64,000 bases of DNA, from NCBI GenBank assembly GCA_048884965.1, contig JBHLQH010000004.1, positions 1-64,000 of the forward strand, in the 5' to 3' direction. This document shows positions 9,825-20,270 of the stretch, one piece after another. Origin of the DNA: Candidatus Thorarchaeota archaeon. GTDB lineage: Archaea > Asgardarchaeota > Thorarchaeia > Thorarchaeales > Thorarchaeaceae. A program made the position numbers and the translations under genes. Position 1 is the first letter of the stretch. Each line of letters starts with the position of its first letter. The notes beneath the pieces were generated by a model that worked only from the letters and a program-made list of their open reading frames with translations, was not told the origin of the DNA and did no database searches.

Positions 9825-9855
9825 TTGGGATGAGATTGAAAGTCACTAATAACAA

Positions 9856-10518
9856 CTATGGGATGAGAAATGGTGTGATTAGAAGCCATCCACCTAAGAC
9901 TAACTCGAAGATCCATATCAGCAATCCGCCAATATCCCACAGAGCTTTGAAGGTTGGTCGCACACGCGATACTGCATTCCCAAATCCATAGATAATGCTA
10001 GCTACAATCCCAAACCATCCAATAAGCTCGGGAAGAACTCCAGTGATGACAAATAAGATTGAGTATGCAAGTGTACCAATGGAAAAGAGAATCTGTGCAA
10101 GAGAGAATGTAGAGTTTTTGGACGTTAGAATACCAAGTGCGGTCTCAGACAATGTATCCTTGTCAGCACCACTAGACCCTGAGTATTGCTTCGCCAGATC
10201 TTCAAGCCCCAAGAACTTTCGCTTGTTGAGGATTTGCAAAAATCCTTCAGCTCCCCTAGCGAGTATCCATATGATTCCAAGTAAGAGGTTGAAAGGACTA
10301 AAAGCAAGAAACAGCGACACTGCTAGACAGATAATCACAACATGTTCCATAATGACTAACATAGTTCCTGTTCTAAACTTCCGAGGATCTTCGTTGATTT
10401 CAGTGAGTTTTGCATCTGCATCTAATTCACTAAATATCTCGTACCCATACTTCGATGTAGCAAGCATGAGGATTACGATAATGAGCAGAAATAGGAATCC
10501 AGATAATATTTCAAACAT
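9856..10518 (-). CDS. DUF4386-family membrane protein
   Basis: ARGAEG, VLPELIGWFGIVAS, IFELVLGGWLL motifs; paralog of 551..1240. Confidence 0.7.
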   Translation of the reverse strand: MFEILSGFLFLLIIVILMLATSKYGYEIFSELDADAKLTEINEDPRKFRTGTMLVIMEHVVIICLAVSLFLAFSPFNLLLGIIWILARGAEGFLQILNKRKFLGLEDLAKQYSGSSGADKDTLSETALGILTSKNSTFSLAQILFSIGTLAYSILFVITGVLPELIGWFGIVASIIYGFGNAVSRVRPTFKALWDIGGLLIWIFELVLGGWLLITPFLIP

Positions 10519-10532
10519 GAGTCAATTCTCCA

Positions 10533-10970
10533 CTATGAGTTTTCATACCAATTTTCATACCGGACCATGATGGCAAAGATGAGTGTAAGGAAGGGGAAAA
10601 GGAAGTTTGATACTGTAGCCCACCAACTGGTTAATGGACTATGCCAGCTAGGGTCCGGTACTGGTTCAGAGAAATAGACAGCGATGTATATTGTTTGCAT
10701 TATGAGAAGAATTATTGAAAGTGCTATCAGGCCGATAAGTCCGGTCCTTTTACGACCAATCATGAATAGAACCGTAAGAATTCCTATTATAGCATATATC
10801 ACTAGAACGCTAAACGCGCTTTCCGGGTCATTATAATAGTAAAGATCGAACCCTATTAGATATCCTCCGAAGAGTAAACGGAAGAGCTGAGTTACAACCA
10901 ATGCTATTCCACTTACTGTGAGACCCTCTGTACGTTTGACTTGGCTTGTGTTCATTTGCAGCCACTTCAA
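10533..10970 (-). CDS. Hypothetical 4-TM membrane protein
   Basis: Four hydrophobic segments, packed tightly between co-oriented genes. Confidence 0.65.
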   Translation of the reverse strand: MKWLQMNTSQVKRTEGLTVSGIALVVTQLFRLLFGGYLIGFDLYYYNDPESAFSVLVIYAIIGILTVLFMIGRKRTGLIGLIALSIILLIMQTIYIAVYFSEPVPDPSWHSPLTSWWATVSNFLFPFLTLIFAIMVRYENWYENS

Positions 10971-11914
10971 CTGCTTTCAATCACGTTTATTACGACACAA
11001 CCTCTTTTGCGTCCAGTTTCAACATACTTGTGAGCTTGAGGAATTTCTTCAAACGAATAAGTTCCGTCTATTACCGATTTAATCTCTCCAGCATCAAGAA
11101 GTCCTTTGAGGAGAATCAGGTATTCAATATGGTCCTTTGCTTTTCCCACACCACTACCTGAATCCTTACTGACATTGAGATAGATTCCCGTTTTATTCAA
11201 TGATGCTTTTCGTTGCGACGGCATTATCTTGTCTACAGCATCAAAGACAATGTCGTACATCTCACCATTTTGTGTGAAATCCTCTTTTGTGTAGTCCACG
11301 ACCTTATCTGCTCCTAAACCTCGCACCATCTCCAAGTTTCTGGTACTGCATACTCCAGTCACAATGGCTCCAAAGTGTTTGGCTATTTGTACTGCAAAGG
11401 TCCCTACATTTCCAGATGCACCATAAATCAGAACTTTGTGTCCAGGTTGAATGTTACCCTTCTTGAGAACCTTAGCTGCAGTGACTCCGCCTCCAAGAAG
11501 AGGAACAACTTCTTCGAATGATAAATTTGCGGGTTTAATTGCTATCATCCCATCTTCGGGGATACAATTATACTCTGCATGACCCCCCAAACCAGACCAA
11601 AAGGTTGATGCAAATACTTGGTCACCTACCTTGAATGTTGTGACCTCTGCACCTATTTCAACAATCTCACCAGCTACTTCCATTCCTAGGATGTCCTGTT
11701 TGGGTTTTGTCCACCCTAGAAACATACGTCCAAGAACCCTTTGCACGGGAGGGACATCCAAACTTCGCATTTTGACATCCCCCACTGAAACTGTTGTTGT
11801 ATGAACTTTAATCAGAACTTCATTCGCTTTGGGAATTGGTGTTTCTCGTTCTTGAATTTCTAGAACTTCAGGACCGCCGTATTTGGTGGTTACAACTGCT
11901 TTCATTAGAATCAT
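10967..11914 (-). CDS. Zn-independent MDR oxidoreductase (paralog 2)
   Basis: MKAVV..YGGPEVL, LGMEVAG, YGASGNVG, GRKRGCVV. Confidence 0.9.
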   Translation of the reverse strand: MILMKAVVTTKYGGPEVLEIQERETPIPKANEVLIKVHTTTVSVGDVKMRSLDVPPVQRVLGRMFLGWTKPKQDILGMEVAGEIVEIGAEVTTFKVGDQVFASTFWSGLGGHAEYNCIPEDGMIAIKPANLSFEEVVPLLGGGVTAAKVLKKGNIQPGHKVLIYGASGNVGTFAVQIAKHFGAIVTGVCSTRNLEMVRGLGADKVVDYTKEDFTQNGEMYDIVFDAVDKIMPSQRKASLNKTGIYLNVSKDSGSGVGKAKDHIEYLILLKGLLDAGEIKSVIDGTYSFEEIPQAHKYVETGRKRGCVVINVIESS

Positions 11915-11962
11915 TCCCGGTATGAAGGATTCCAGCAGAACTAGATGTTATATCTTGCGATT

Positions 11963-12856
11963 TCATGCTATGGTAATTGCAACATTCCCTTTCTTACGTC
12001 CAGTATCCACATACCTATGTGCTTCGATAATATCCTCCAACATATATCGTCTATCTATGATTGGCCTCAGTTTCCCCAACTCTATGATTTCCTTAAGGAA
12101 TTCTAGATTCTCAATACTTTCCTTTGTGGAGAAAGTAGATGACAGAAAGATTCCGTTCTCTTTCAGTAATCCTTTTGCTTTTGAAGAGGATATCTTACGT
12201 ACTGTATCAAATATGACATCATAGGTTTCTTCACTCTCGGTGAAGTCTTCCTTCTGATAGTCAATCACATTGTCCGCTCCTAAGGATTTCACCATATCCA
12301 AGTTTGGGCCGCTGCAGACACCAGTCACTTCCGCTCCCCAGTACTTCGCCAGCTGAACAGCGTATGTTCCAACACTTCCAGAAGCCCCATAGACAAGGAC
12401 CTTCTGTCCATCCTGAATATCCCCTTGACGAAGGATGTACAAAGCGGTATTTCCACCTACAGGAACAACAGCTGCCTCCTCAAAGGACATACTTGTAGAC
12501 ATTGTCGTAACCGCGGCGTCTTCGGGTAAGCAGATGTACTCAGCACATGCACCGCCTTTTACACCAGTAGTACCAAAGACACGATCACCAATCTTGAATC
12601 GGGTTACATTCTCACCAACTGTTTCAATTTCACCTGCGAACTCATGACCCAATGCATTTTTCTTCCCGACTCTTAAAGCTAAACGAAAAAATGGTCCAGC
12701 AGGAAAAGTCATACGTCGCAGCAACGCATCACCAAAAGTCACTGAAGTCGCGCGAATCCTCACACGCACTTCATCCTCATTAGGCACTGGAGTGTCCAAT
12801 TCGGTAACATGAAGTCCATCAGGAACCCCGAATTTCTTTACTACAACTGCTTTCAT
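11963..12856 (-). CDS. Zn-independent MDR oxidoreductase (paralog 3)
   Basis: LGHEFAG, YGASGSVG, RPIIDRRY, GRKKGNVAI. Confidence 0.9.
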   Translation of the reverse strand: MKAVVVKKFGVPDGLHVTELDTPVPNEDEVRVRIRATSVTFGDALLRRMTFPAGPFFRLALRVGKKNALGHEFAGEIETVGENVTRFKIGDRVFGTTGVKGGACAEYICLPEDAAVTTMSTSMSFEEAAVVPVGGNTALYILRQGDIQDGQKVLVYGASGSVGTYAVQLAKYWGAEVTGVCSGPNLDMVKSLGADNVIDYQKEDFTESEETYDVIFDTVRKISSSKAKGLLKENGIFLSSTFSTKESIENLEFLKEIIELGKLRPIIDRRYMLEDIIEAHRYVDTGRKKGNVAITIA

Positions 12857-13335
12857 TATTCGACCCCAATCTGCGAAATCAGACTCCTTGCAAATACCTC
12901 CGCGTTCTTTAGGTCTTCCGTATTTGGTCTACCTTTGTTCATCCCGCCAAGATATTTCATGAAGCTATTCGTGTTAAATCCTCTACATTGGAATTCGCCA
13001 ACTATTGTATACCCTTTTGATTCCAATTTTTCTCTAAGAGGCATGTGATCCTTCGCAGCTTTATCCTTGTTTGCAAGACCACCTGTTGAGAACAGGAAGG
13101 ATTTCTTGTGTTCGACTTGTGGCAATCTATCTGCAAGTTCTAACAATGTCCGGTGGTGTTTCTCATCATATATCCCTGAAGCAAAACCAATCAATGAGTA
13201 ATTCTGAAGCTCATCAATATCCACCTCTCTCGGAGCTATAATTTTGGCATCCAAAACTTTCGCAATGACCTTTGCGACTTTTTCTGTATTCTTATGATGA
13301 TAGGAGAATAATATGATTAAAGCCTTTGATGTCAA
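12856..13335 (-). CDS. Flavodoxin family protein
   Basis: SYHHKNTEKVA, IGFASGIY, FLFSTGG, GEFQCRGF, GRPNTEDL. Confidence 0.88.
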   Translation of the reverse strand: MTSKALIILFSYHHKNTEKVAKVIAKVLDAKIIAPREVDIDELQNYSLIGFASGIYDEKHHRTLLELADRLPQVEHKKSFLFSTGGLANKDKAAKDHMPLREKLESKGYTIVGEFQCRGFNTNSFMKYLGGMNKGRPNTEDLKNAEVFARSLISQIGVE

Positions 13336-13485
13336 CTACTCTCTCTCCGTTCGAGAATTCACAAGCAATCTGCTAGGATAGATATGTAACAGGTCTATGA
13401 CTGGAAACACAAAAAGGCTTGTATAAATTCAGAAGAATAGAAATACCAAATTGGTCAGTCAGGTTCAACATATTCTTTGCTCTTT

Positions 13486-14490
13486 TCATTCGCTAGCAAT
13501 TACTGCGATAGTAACATTTCCTTTCTTTCCACCCTGCTCCACGAACCTATGGGCTTCAACCATCTCATCTAATGAGAAGCTCCTGTCAATTATGGTCTTA
13601 ACGGTCCCTGATTCAATCAATTCTCTTAGTTTTGTTAGGTTCTCAGTACTATACTTGGCAGGACCAGCGAGCGCTTTCATCCCATGCTTCTCTGCAAGTG
13701 ATTTGTTGCCTCGCGAAATAGATCCATTTCCCTGAAGATATACACCATTCTCATCTAGTGAATTAAGGCAATCAGAGAAGTGAGTTACTCCAACAACATC
13801 AAAGATGACATCATATCTCTCACCATTCTCATGGAAGTTCTCCTGTTTATAATCGATGAAATAGTCTGCACCGATGGATGTCAACATCTCATATTTTCCA
13901 GCACTATCTACAGCGGTCACCTCAGCTCCCTTCGACTTTGCAAGCTGTATTGCGATTGTGCCTATGCTTCCACCAGCACCGTTGATCAAGACTTTCTGAC
14001 CTTGTCTGAGCTCAGCCTTGTTCATATAATGTAGTGCTTCGGTCCCACCTATGGGAATCGTTGAAGCTTCTTCATAGCTCATGTTTGAAGGTTTGAGAGA
14101 GACAATTCCATCTTCTGGCATACAAGTATACTCTGCATAGGTTCCAAGACCGAACTCGGTTGCAGCGAAAACTTGATCACCAAGCTTAAACAGCGTAACA
14201 TCTTCGCCTATTGCCTCGATTTCACCAGCACACTGTTGACCAAGTATCTTCTTCCTTGGACCTCTAATCCCAAAACCAAGTCGAATGAGGAACTTCATTC
14301 CGATGCCATAATGGGGAAAGTTCTGGCCTCTTAGCTCACAATCCCCCAGAATAACCGCGGTTGCATGAATCTTGATGAGTATCTCATCCTTCTTGGGAAT
14401 GGGCTTCTTAACCTCTCTAAGCTCAAGAACTTCTGGTGGTCCGTATCGAGGACAGACTATCGCCTTCATAGAAGTCACAATCCTATTCAC
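13486..14490 (-). CDS. Zn-independent MDR oxidoreductase (paralog 4)
   Basis: MKAIVC..YGPPEVL, NGAGGSIG, IIDRSF, GGKKGNV. Confidence 0.9.
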   Translation of the reverse strand: MNRIVTSMKAIVCPRYGPPEVLELREVKKPIPKKDEILIKIHATAVILGDCELRGQNFPHYGIGMKFLIRLGFGIRGPRKKILGQQCAGEIEAIGEDVTLFKLGDQVFAATEFGLGTYAEYTCMPEDGIVSLKPSNMSYEEASTIPIGGTEALHYMNKAELRQGQKVLINGAGGSIGTIAIQLAKSKGAEVTAVDSAGKYEMLTSIGADYFIDYKQENFHENGERYDVIFDVVGVTHFSDCLNSLDENGVYLQGNGSISRGNKSLAEKHGMKALAGPAKYSTENLTKLRELIESGTVKTIIDRSFSLDEMVEAHRFVEQGGKKGNVTIAVIASE

Positions 14491-14588
14491 CTATTCGACT
14501 TAATTAATCATTACAATGGACGTTTCTAGAGAACTAGACGAAGTCTATAATATCAGAGTCAATAACAAGGACATTCAGAAAAAAGAAG

Positions 14589-14612
14589 GAGGGACCATGT
14601 TTTGGTCCCCTT
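14589..14612. terminator. Stem-loop with T-tract on - strand
   Basis: GGGACCA-TGTTT-TGGTCCC downstream of 14619..14999, with an adjacent A-run. Confidence 0.45.
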
Positions 14613-14618
14613 GGTTTC

Positions 14619-14999
14619 TCATTGTTCCTCAAGAAGGAGTCCAGGAAGAATGATAAATAGTCCAGGAAGACTGAAGCCCATCAGTAAGTTGAGAATCCCA
14701 ACAATTGTTAGACCAGTTCTGTGGGCTATGGGATCTTTTCGCCACATATAGATAACTAGAAGATAGATTACTTCAAGAGCAGCAAAGAAGAAGATTACCA
14801 ATGGAATAGCCAATGGATACGTTTCAATGAATGCTAATACACTCGGATCTGATATGAAGGATCCAAGATCAATAAATGCGATTGCCAAAGCTGCACCAAC
14901 ACCTGCTCCAATCGTTGCGATGATTGTTAGGATGATGAAGATTATAGCAAACCACAATATTCTTTGTGCGTTTTCAACTTTCATTTGTTTTCTCTCCAC
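14619..14999 (-). CDS. Hypothetical membrane protein
   Basis: 126 aa with three hydrophobic segments. Confidence 0.65.
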   Translation of the reverse strand: MERKQMKVENAQRILWFAIIFIILTIIATIGAGVGAALAIAFIDLGSFISDPSVLAFIETYPLAIPLVIFFFAALEVIYLLVIYMWRKDPIAHRTGLTIVGILNLLMGFSLPGLFIILPGLLLEEQ

Positions 15000-15401
15000 G
15001 TGAAGGTTGCGAAGAGCAACCCACCAATTATTAAGCCCAAACTATCCCATAAGTGTTCTCAAATTCAGCTAATCAATATCTTACACCATCATTTCATCAT
15101 GGTATTTTTATTATACCAAAGAGTGGAAACGTGGTAAATCGAAATGCAGGCAGAATTTGATTTGACGATTGTTTTAACTATTCTTGGTTTGGGCAGCATA
15201 ATTATTAGAATAATCGCAACATTGCACTCAATTCAACGATTCGCAAAGGCCACAAAAAAAAGGAGTGTTCTTAGAGTTTCACAAACTGCTCTGCGATTTG
15301 GATTTCATTAAGGACATGACCAAATGCAGCAATTTCACTGAAGAGAAAATAAACGCATGCCCTCATAAGGTAGCAAGTGCCATAGTATGTGATGATAGAC
15401 A

Positions 15402-15758
15402 TTGAAACTATCTAGATTGCAATCTATTGCTAACAATGCTGTAAGAGGCTCAATCTGGTCGCATGAACCAACAGGAGAAGATCCATTCAATTATCATGCA
15501 CCGCCATTTGAGATAGTGGTGGATTTGGTGAAAGGGATATTGACACCAAATATGGAGGGAGATAGTGTGGAGCAGTTCTACACCACAATGTCAAGATGGT
15601 TTCACGATGTATTGGTGAAGGAAGGAATTCCGCTGGATATGATTAAAGATGCAACCATTACAATCACTCCGTCCGGGGGAAAGACTTGCGTAATCGTTGC
15701 AGAAGGTCGAAGATTCGAGTCATATTCTAGACAAAGGGAAACACACTCAAAGGAATAG
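15402..15758 (+). CDS. Hypothetical protein
   Basis: 118-aa ORF with globular composition and TTG start. Confidence 0.55.
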   Translation: MKLSRLQSIANNAVRGSIWSHEPTGEDPFNYHAPPFEIVVDLVKGILTPNMEGDSVEQFYTTMSRWFHDVLVKEGIPLDMIKDATITITPSGGKTCVIVAEGRRFESYSRQRETHSKE

Positions 15759-15911
15759 AAGCTACGAATCCTATTCAACGTAATCCAGAATAGTCATTTC
15801 CTATCAGATTTCTCTAATAAATCTGGATTCTCACTAATTCCGAGAGATTCTCTTAATTCTTAGGCACTTGACCTCAGGCTCTATCTCTATTCTAATTATT
15901 AAGGTGATTTA

Positions 15912-16895
15912 ATGAAAGAGATTCGCATCAAAGGAAATTATCTCCAAATGGGAAGAACATTTGGGAAAACACTCTCTCAATTTCATCGTGAGTTCTCACC
16001 CAAAGTAGAACATCTAGAATTCGGAGAGAAGTGCGAGACTGCTGTAAAGAAATATGCACCAGATCTACTTGATGAGATCAAAGGCATAGCTGAAGCTACT
16101 AAGAAGGAATATGAATCACTTGTTGTTTCAATGCTTTCTCCATGGTTCATCTTTGGATGTACGTTATTCGCTGTCAAGGGTGAGTTCACACAAAATGGCA
16201 ATCCAGTTTTTGCCAGGCATATGGATTGGCTGAAACAAGATATCGATGCATTACATGTTATCCACACTGAGCCAGAAGATGGATACAAGAGTGTCGGTTT
16301 TAGTTTTGGTGACTGTGGCAGGTATGGTGGTCAAAATGAACATGGCTTGACCATAGCTAGTGCAGCGATCGCTGGGTACAATGGTAGAATCAAGCCAGGA
16401 GTTAGAATGAATGTGTCCACGAGATGGGCTCTTGATAAACTAACAAATACAGAAGAAGCAGTCAAATATCTTACAAGGATACCTCACACAGAAGCGATGG
16501 CATTTCTCATTAATGATAGATCAGGAACCATTGCGCGAGTCGAAGCTGCTCCAGAGAAGACGGATTTCGAGTTTATCGATGAAGGTATAGGTATTGCAAC
16601 AAACGTATTTGTCATGGATAGTATGAAAGATTTGGATCAAGGATTGCCAAAGGACAATCATGTGTACAAATACATTGACAGGCTAGAGTCGTGGTTTGAT
16701 GCAAATCAAGGACGAATCAATCTGGATGATGTGATATCGATCTGTAGCGATGAGAAGGAGGGTATTTGTCAAGCGGATGAAGCATTCATGGAAGTGACAA
16801 TCTGGTCTTGGATTGCTGAAACAAATCCATGCTCTATGCAGCTTGCTCCGGGACCTCCATGCAAAACGGATTATCGATATATAGACAGAGACTAG
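15912..16895 (+). CDS. Peptidase C45 / acyl-CoA:6-APA acyltransferase-like Ntn hydrolase
   Basis: DEIKGIA, G|CTLFA autoprocessing Cys, ARHMDW, GQNEHGL. Confidence 0.85.
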   Translation: MKEIRIKGNYLQMGRTFGKTLSQFHREFSPKVEHLEFGEKCETAVKKYAPDLLDEIKGIAEATKKEYESLVVSMLSPWFIFGCTLFAVKGEFTQNGNPVFARHMDWLKQDIDALHVIHTEPEDGYKSVGFSFGDCGRYGGQNEHGLTIASAAIAGYNGRIKPGVRMNVSTRWALDKLTNTEEAVKYLTRIPHTEAMAFLINDRSGTIARVEAAPEKTDFEFIDEGIGIATNVFVMDSMKDLDQGLPKDNHVYKYIDRLESWFDANQGRINLDDVISICSDEKEGICQADEAFMEVTIWSWIAETNPCSMQLAPGPPCKTDYRYIDRD

Positions 16896-16962
16896 TCCGT
16901 AGTTGATAAGAGTAATCAGATAGGTATTGACCTAGAGAGGACGTTCCCTAATATTCAAGTGA

Positions 16963-17475
16963 GTGAGCGAGCTTGTTCTCTTGATGATCGATTCCAAAGA
17001 AGTTCTCAAGATCCTACATTCAGAAGGCATTTCATTTGCAAGTGGAGTACCATGCTCTTACTTCTCACGCTTGATCACCGAATTATCAGAATTCGAAGGA
17101 ATTAGTTACATACCTGCAACGAGAGAAGATGAAGCTATTGGGATCGCATCTGGAATCTCTTTTGGTAATGGCAAAGCCATGGTCCTAATGCAGAACTCCG
17201 GCTATGCAACGATAGGAGATGCTTTGACTTCACTCGCACAACTCTACGAGCTTCCAATGTTGCTGATTATTAGTTATCGAGGACTAGAGCCAGACATGGA
17301 TTTCCCAGAGCACTCGCTGATGGGAGAAGTCACTGAAAGCTCTCTTGATTGTTATAATGTGCCATATTGGAACTTGGAGGAATCTGGTTGGAGAGAAACC
17401 ATAGGATTAGCAATCACGAATATGGAACAGACATCTAGACCTGTAGCACTATTAGTAAAACAGGGGGTACTTTGA
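16963..17475 (+). CDS. comD: Sulfopyruvate/phosphonopyruvate decarboxylase alpha subunit (ComD-like; start probably 16984)
   Basis: GVPCS, TREDEAIGIASG, MQNSG, YRG...PEH. Confidence 0.8.
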   Translation: MSELVLLMIDSKEVLKILHSEGISFASGVPCSYFSRLITELSEFEGISYIPATREDEAIGIASGISFGNGKAMVLMQNSGYATIGDALTSLAQLYELPMLLIISYRGLEPDMDFPEHSLMGEVTESSLDCYNVPYWNLEESGWRETIGLAITNMEQTSRPVALLVKQGVL

Positions 17476-17479
17476 GGAG

Positions 17480-18043
17480 ATGTTTGGCTATCAAATCATC
17501 CAAGAATTGGCAGGTGTTCTTACAGGCGAGGAGGTCATCATCAGCAGCAATGGAAACATCAGCCGTCAGGTCTATCATTTTCTCCCTAGACCTCAAATCT
17601 ATCTACGAGGAAGTATGGGATTGGCAGTTCCCGTTGGTCTTGGAGTCGCTCTAGCGAAACCGATGAAAAAGGTACTGGTAATTGTAGGGGACGGAAATCT
17701 TTTGATGGGTCTGGGATCCCTTGCCACAACCGCCTATCTACGACCAAGGAATATGAGAATACTGATACTGGATAATAACGAGTACGCGACAACAGGACAT
17801 CAGCAAACGGCTTCAGGGATTCTAGATTATCCGCAGTTACTGAAAGGATTAGGAATGCCCTACATCGAGCCAATCAAAATTGAGGAGTCGATAGAGGAAA
17901 TGAGGACCAAGCTAGAAAGATTGATGCAGACTGATGATTTGTGTGCTCTTCCTTCAATAATTGGAAACGAATCGCCTACCCTTTCCAATATCCCTTGGCA
18001 TCCAGAGAAAATAGCCGCTTTGCAAAAGCAGAGAGAAAATTAG
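17480..18043 (+). CDS. comE: Sulfopyruvate/phosphonopyruvate decarboxylase beta subunit (ComE-like)
   Basis: NGNISR, YLRGSMG, GDGNLLM...LDN ThDP-binding motif, TGHQ.T. Confidence 0.8.
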   Translation: MFGYQIIQELAGVLTGEEVIISSNGNISRQVYHFLPRPQIYLRGSMGLAVPVGLGVALAKPMKKVLVIVGDGNLLMGLGSLATTAYLRPRNMRILILDNNEYATTGHQQTASGILDYPQLLKGLGMPYIEPIKIEESIEEMRTKLERLMQTDDLCALPSIIGNESPTLSNIPWHPEKIAALQKQREN

Positions 18044-18170
18044 ACTAATAGAGCGTTTGTATGAATCCGTAAGCTGTTCTGTATCAAGGCGCTTCACCCT
18101 TTTCTATTGACATAAAAGATATGATATGCTATTCTGCCAGTAATATCGGATTCATGGAGGACTCCTTCTC

Positions 18171-19484
18171 TCAAGATTGAGTCGTGATGTCCTGCATTCC
18201 ATTCTCTTTTGAGTACGAGTGTGATTTTGCTAGAATGATAATGCCAATTAGTATCAGAACGATGGCGGCTACAAAACTTCCGCGATAACCATCTGCGTTG
18301 CTGAATCCTTGACCTATGAGAATATCTGCAACAGGACCTGCAATAAATGTGGCTGCTATTCCCCAGCTAAGGAAGAAGGTCGCGTTGTAATATGCAAATA
18401 ACCTCCCACGATATTCCTCTGGAGCTATCTTTGCTACAATGGAGTAGCTAGAAGACTCGATGACAACATGAGATGCACCTACGAGGAATGAGGAGATGAT
18501 CGCCAGCACGAAGGTTGGTGTGAAAATTAGCCATGTGATTGCTGTTATTGAAAGCGTGACACCAAACACCAAGACCTTGTTATCATCAGCCTTCGAGATC
18601 ACAGAGCCAACCAAAATTCCAGCAAGCATAGAAGCGATACTACCGATATTACTATAGAGAGCAATCTGTTCCCCAGTTGCACCAAAGCCAGTTGGGTCAG
18701 CTAGAAAGAGGCTTGTAATGATTGCGATTGAATTCCTTCCAAAATTAAGGAATATCAATGCAGCTATGAAAATCAGGTACCCTTTGCGTAATACCAAGGG
18801 CAAATCGCTTAGAGGTTTGTTCTTTGTGGGTTCATTATCCATAGATTCAAGAAAACTAATCTCATTCTTGATGCGAATCGAGAAGTAGACAATTAGGCTA
18901 GAGAATATCATCACAAGAGCCGCAATGAAGAAGATACTCCCATTGGCAAACCCTAGCCCGTTATCAAATAGGAATCCTCCAAGATATGCACCTCCAATCC
19001 CGCCAAAGCCGCCAATAATTGATAGCTGCCCCATAATCTTCTTTCGCTCATCATAGTCCGTGAGCTCTGAGATCAATGCGGACCATCCAACATTTGACAT
19101 ACTCCAAAAAATCTCAATGATGCCCAAGCTGAATATTATTACGTATCCAGCTGCAATAGGTTGAGTCAAACCGAGGAAGAATTGGTATCCAAAGACCATG
19201 AAGATATGTCCGAAACCCGCGAATAGCTCCCCTATAGCTACGAAATCTGTTGGTTTCCTATACTTGTCAAGCGCGTTCCCCCAAAGGAAGGATTGAGTCC
19301 CAGCATTTGCAATCATACCTACTGTAGCCATCAATGTGACTTCAGTTGTTGAGAGACCCAAGGAGCGAAGATAGATGGACAGAAATGTATAGACAATCGA
19401 CCTACGAAAATATGACAAGAATTGGAAGGTAGAAAGACCACTGAATTCTCTGGCTTTCAATCTTGAATATTGTAAGAAACTCAA
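18171..19484 (-). CDS. MFS transporter
   Basis: About 12 TM segments; ISELT...ERKKIMG and APEEYRGR loops. Confidence 0.88.
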   Translation of the reverse strand: MSFLQYSRLKAREFSGLSTFQFLSYFRRSIVYTFLSIYLRSLGLSTTEVTLMATVGMIANAGTQSFLWGNALDKYRKPTDFVAIGELFAGFGHIFMVFGYQFFLGLTQPIAAGYVIIFSLGIIEIFWSMSNVGWSALISELTDYDERKKIMGQLSIIGGFGGIGGAYLGGFLFDNGLGFANGSIFFIAALVMIFSSLIVYFSIRIKNEISFLESMDNEPTKNKPLSDLPLVLRKGYLIFIAALIFLNFGRNSIAIITSLFLADPTGFGATGEQIALYSNIGSIASMLAGILVGSVISKADDNKVLVFGVTLSITAITWLIFTPTFVLAIISSFLVGASHVVIESSSYSIVAKIAPEEYRGRLFAYYNATFFLSWGIAATFIAGPVADILIGQGFSNADGYRGSFVAAIVLILIGIIILAKSHSYSKENGMQDITTQS

Positions 19485-19766
19485 CTTAGATTTTGGTCGC
19501 CAATCTGTATCTTAAATACTATTTTCTATGGCGAATGTTCGATGGTCAATTCTGTACCACTTGGAATGCCAATGTTATGGAGTACGGAAGTCTAAAGGAA
19601 ACCCTAGCATATGTGAGGAACCTGAGTTTCGAAGCCCTCTACGACGGAGTGCTTAATTTGGGGCAGAACCCCAAGAAGGGATTTTCGCCAAAAAATGAAA
19701 GCCATAAGTAACTTACAGGGAGATTTAATGCTCATAAAACGAGGAGTATAGAATTGGGCGAGGACA

Positions 19767-20270
19767 CTACAACTCCTTGTCCCCAATTACTCTATCATCA
19801 ATAGGTTCTCCTATATCTAGGAGTTCAGGGAAGATCTTCATTGCGGTCTTGTTGTGTCTTACACTCCTACTAATCCAATTCAGCCATTCATCCTCTTTGA
19901 TATCACATTCCTCTAGACGCTTCATGATGGTTTCTAAGACATGGTCTCTAGGAACATAGACAAAAGCTTCGCCAAATTCGGTATCTACTGTGATTCTATC
20001 ATAATGGTATGGGTACCCCTCAGCATCATCGATGAGTTTCAGATTCTTCTTGTTTGTCTCAGTGACTAACATAAGAACGCTCGAATTGCTATCTTTGATG
20101 ATATATGGATGTGTATCTCTTGGTAGTAGAATTCGCTTCCACCCTTTTACTTCTGAAAATCCTTTTACTTTCACATCCCAATAATACTGCTTTGCAGTCA
20201 TATCATCACTTATGGTTTCAAGTGCATCGGTGATAAAAGTACCATAGCCAGCTATTATGACATTCTTCAT
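19767..20270 (-). CDS. Gamma-glutamylcyclotransferase (AIG2/GGCT)-like protein
   Basis: N-terminal AGYGTF; LIDDAEGYPYHYDRITV; AFVYV. Confidence 0.7.
   Translation of the reverse strand: MKNVIIAGYGTFITDALETISDDMTAKQYYWDVKVKGFSEVKGWKRILLPRDTHPYIIKDSNSSVLMLVTETNKKNLKLIDDAEGYPYHYDRITVDTEFGEAFVYVPRDHVLETIMKRLEECDIKEDEWLNWISRSVRHNKTAMKIFPELLDIGEPIDDRVIGDKEL

Noticed and set aside
19493-19711. 72-aa ORF between the MFS and GGCT genes
   Set aside because: No recognisable motif and a weak start; cannot be supported as a gene.
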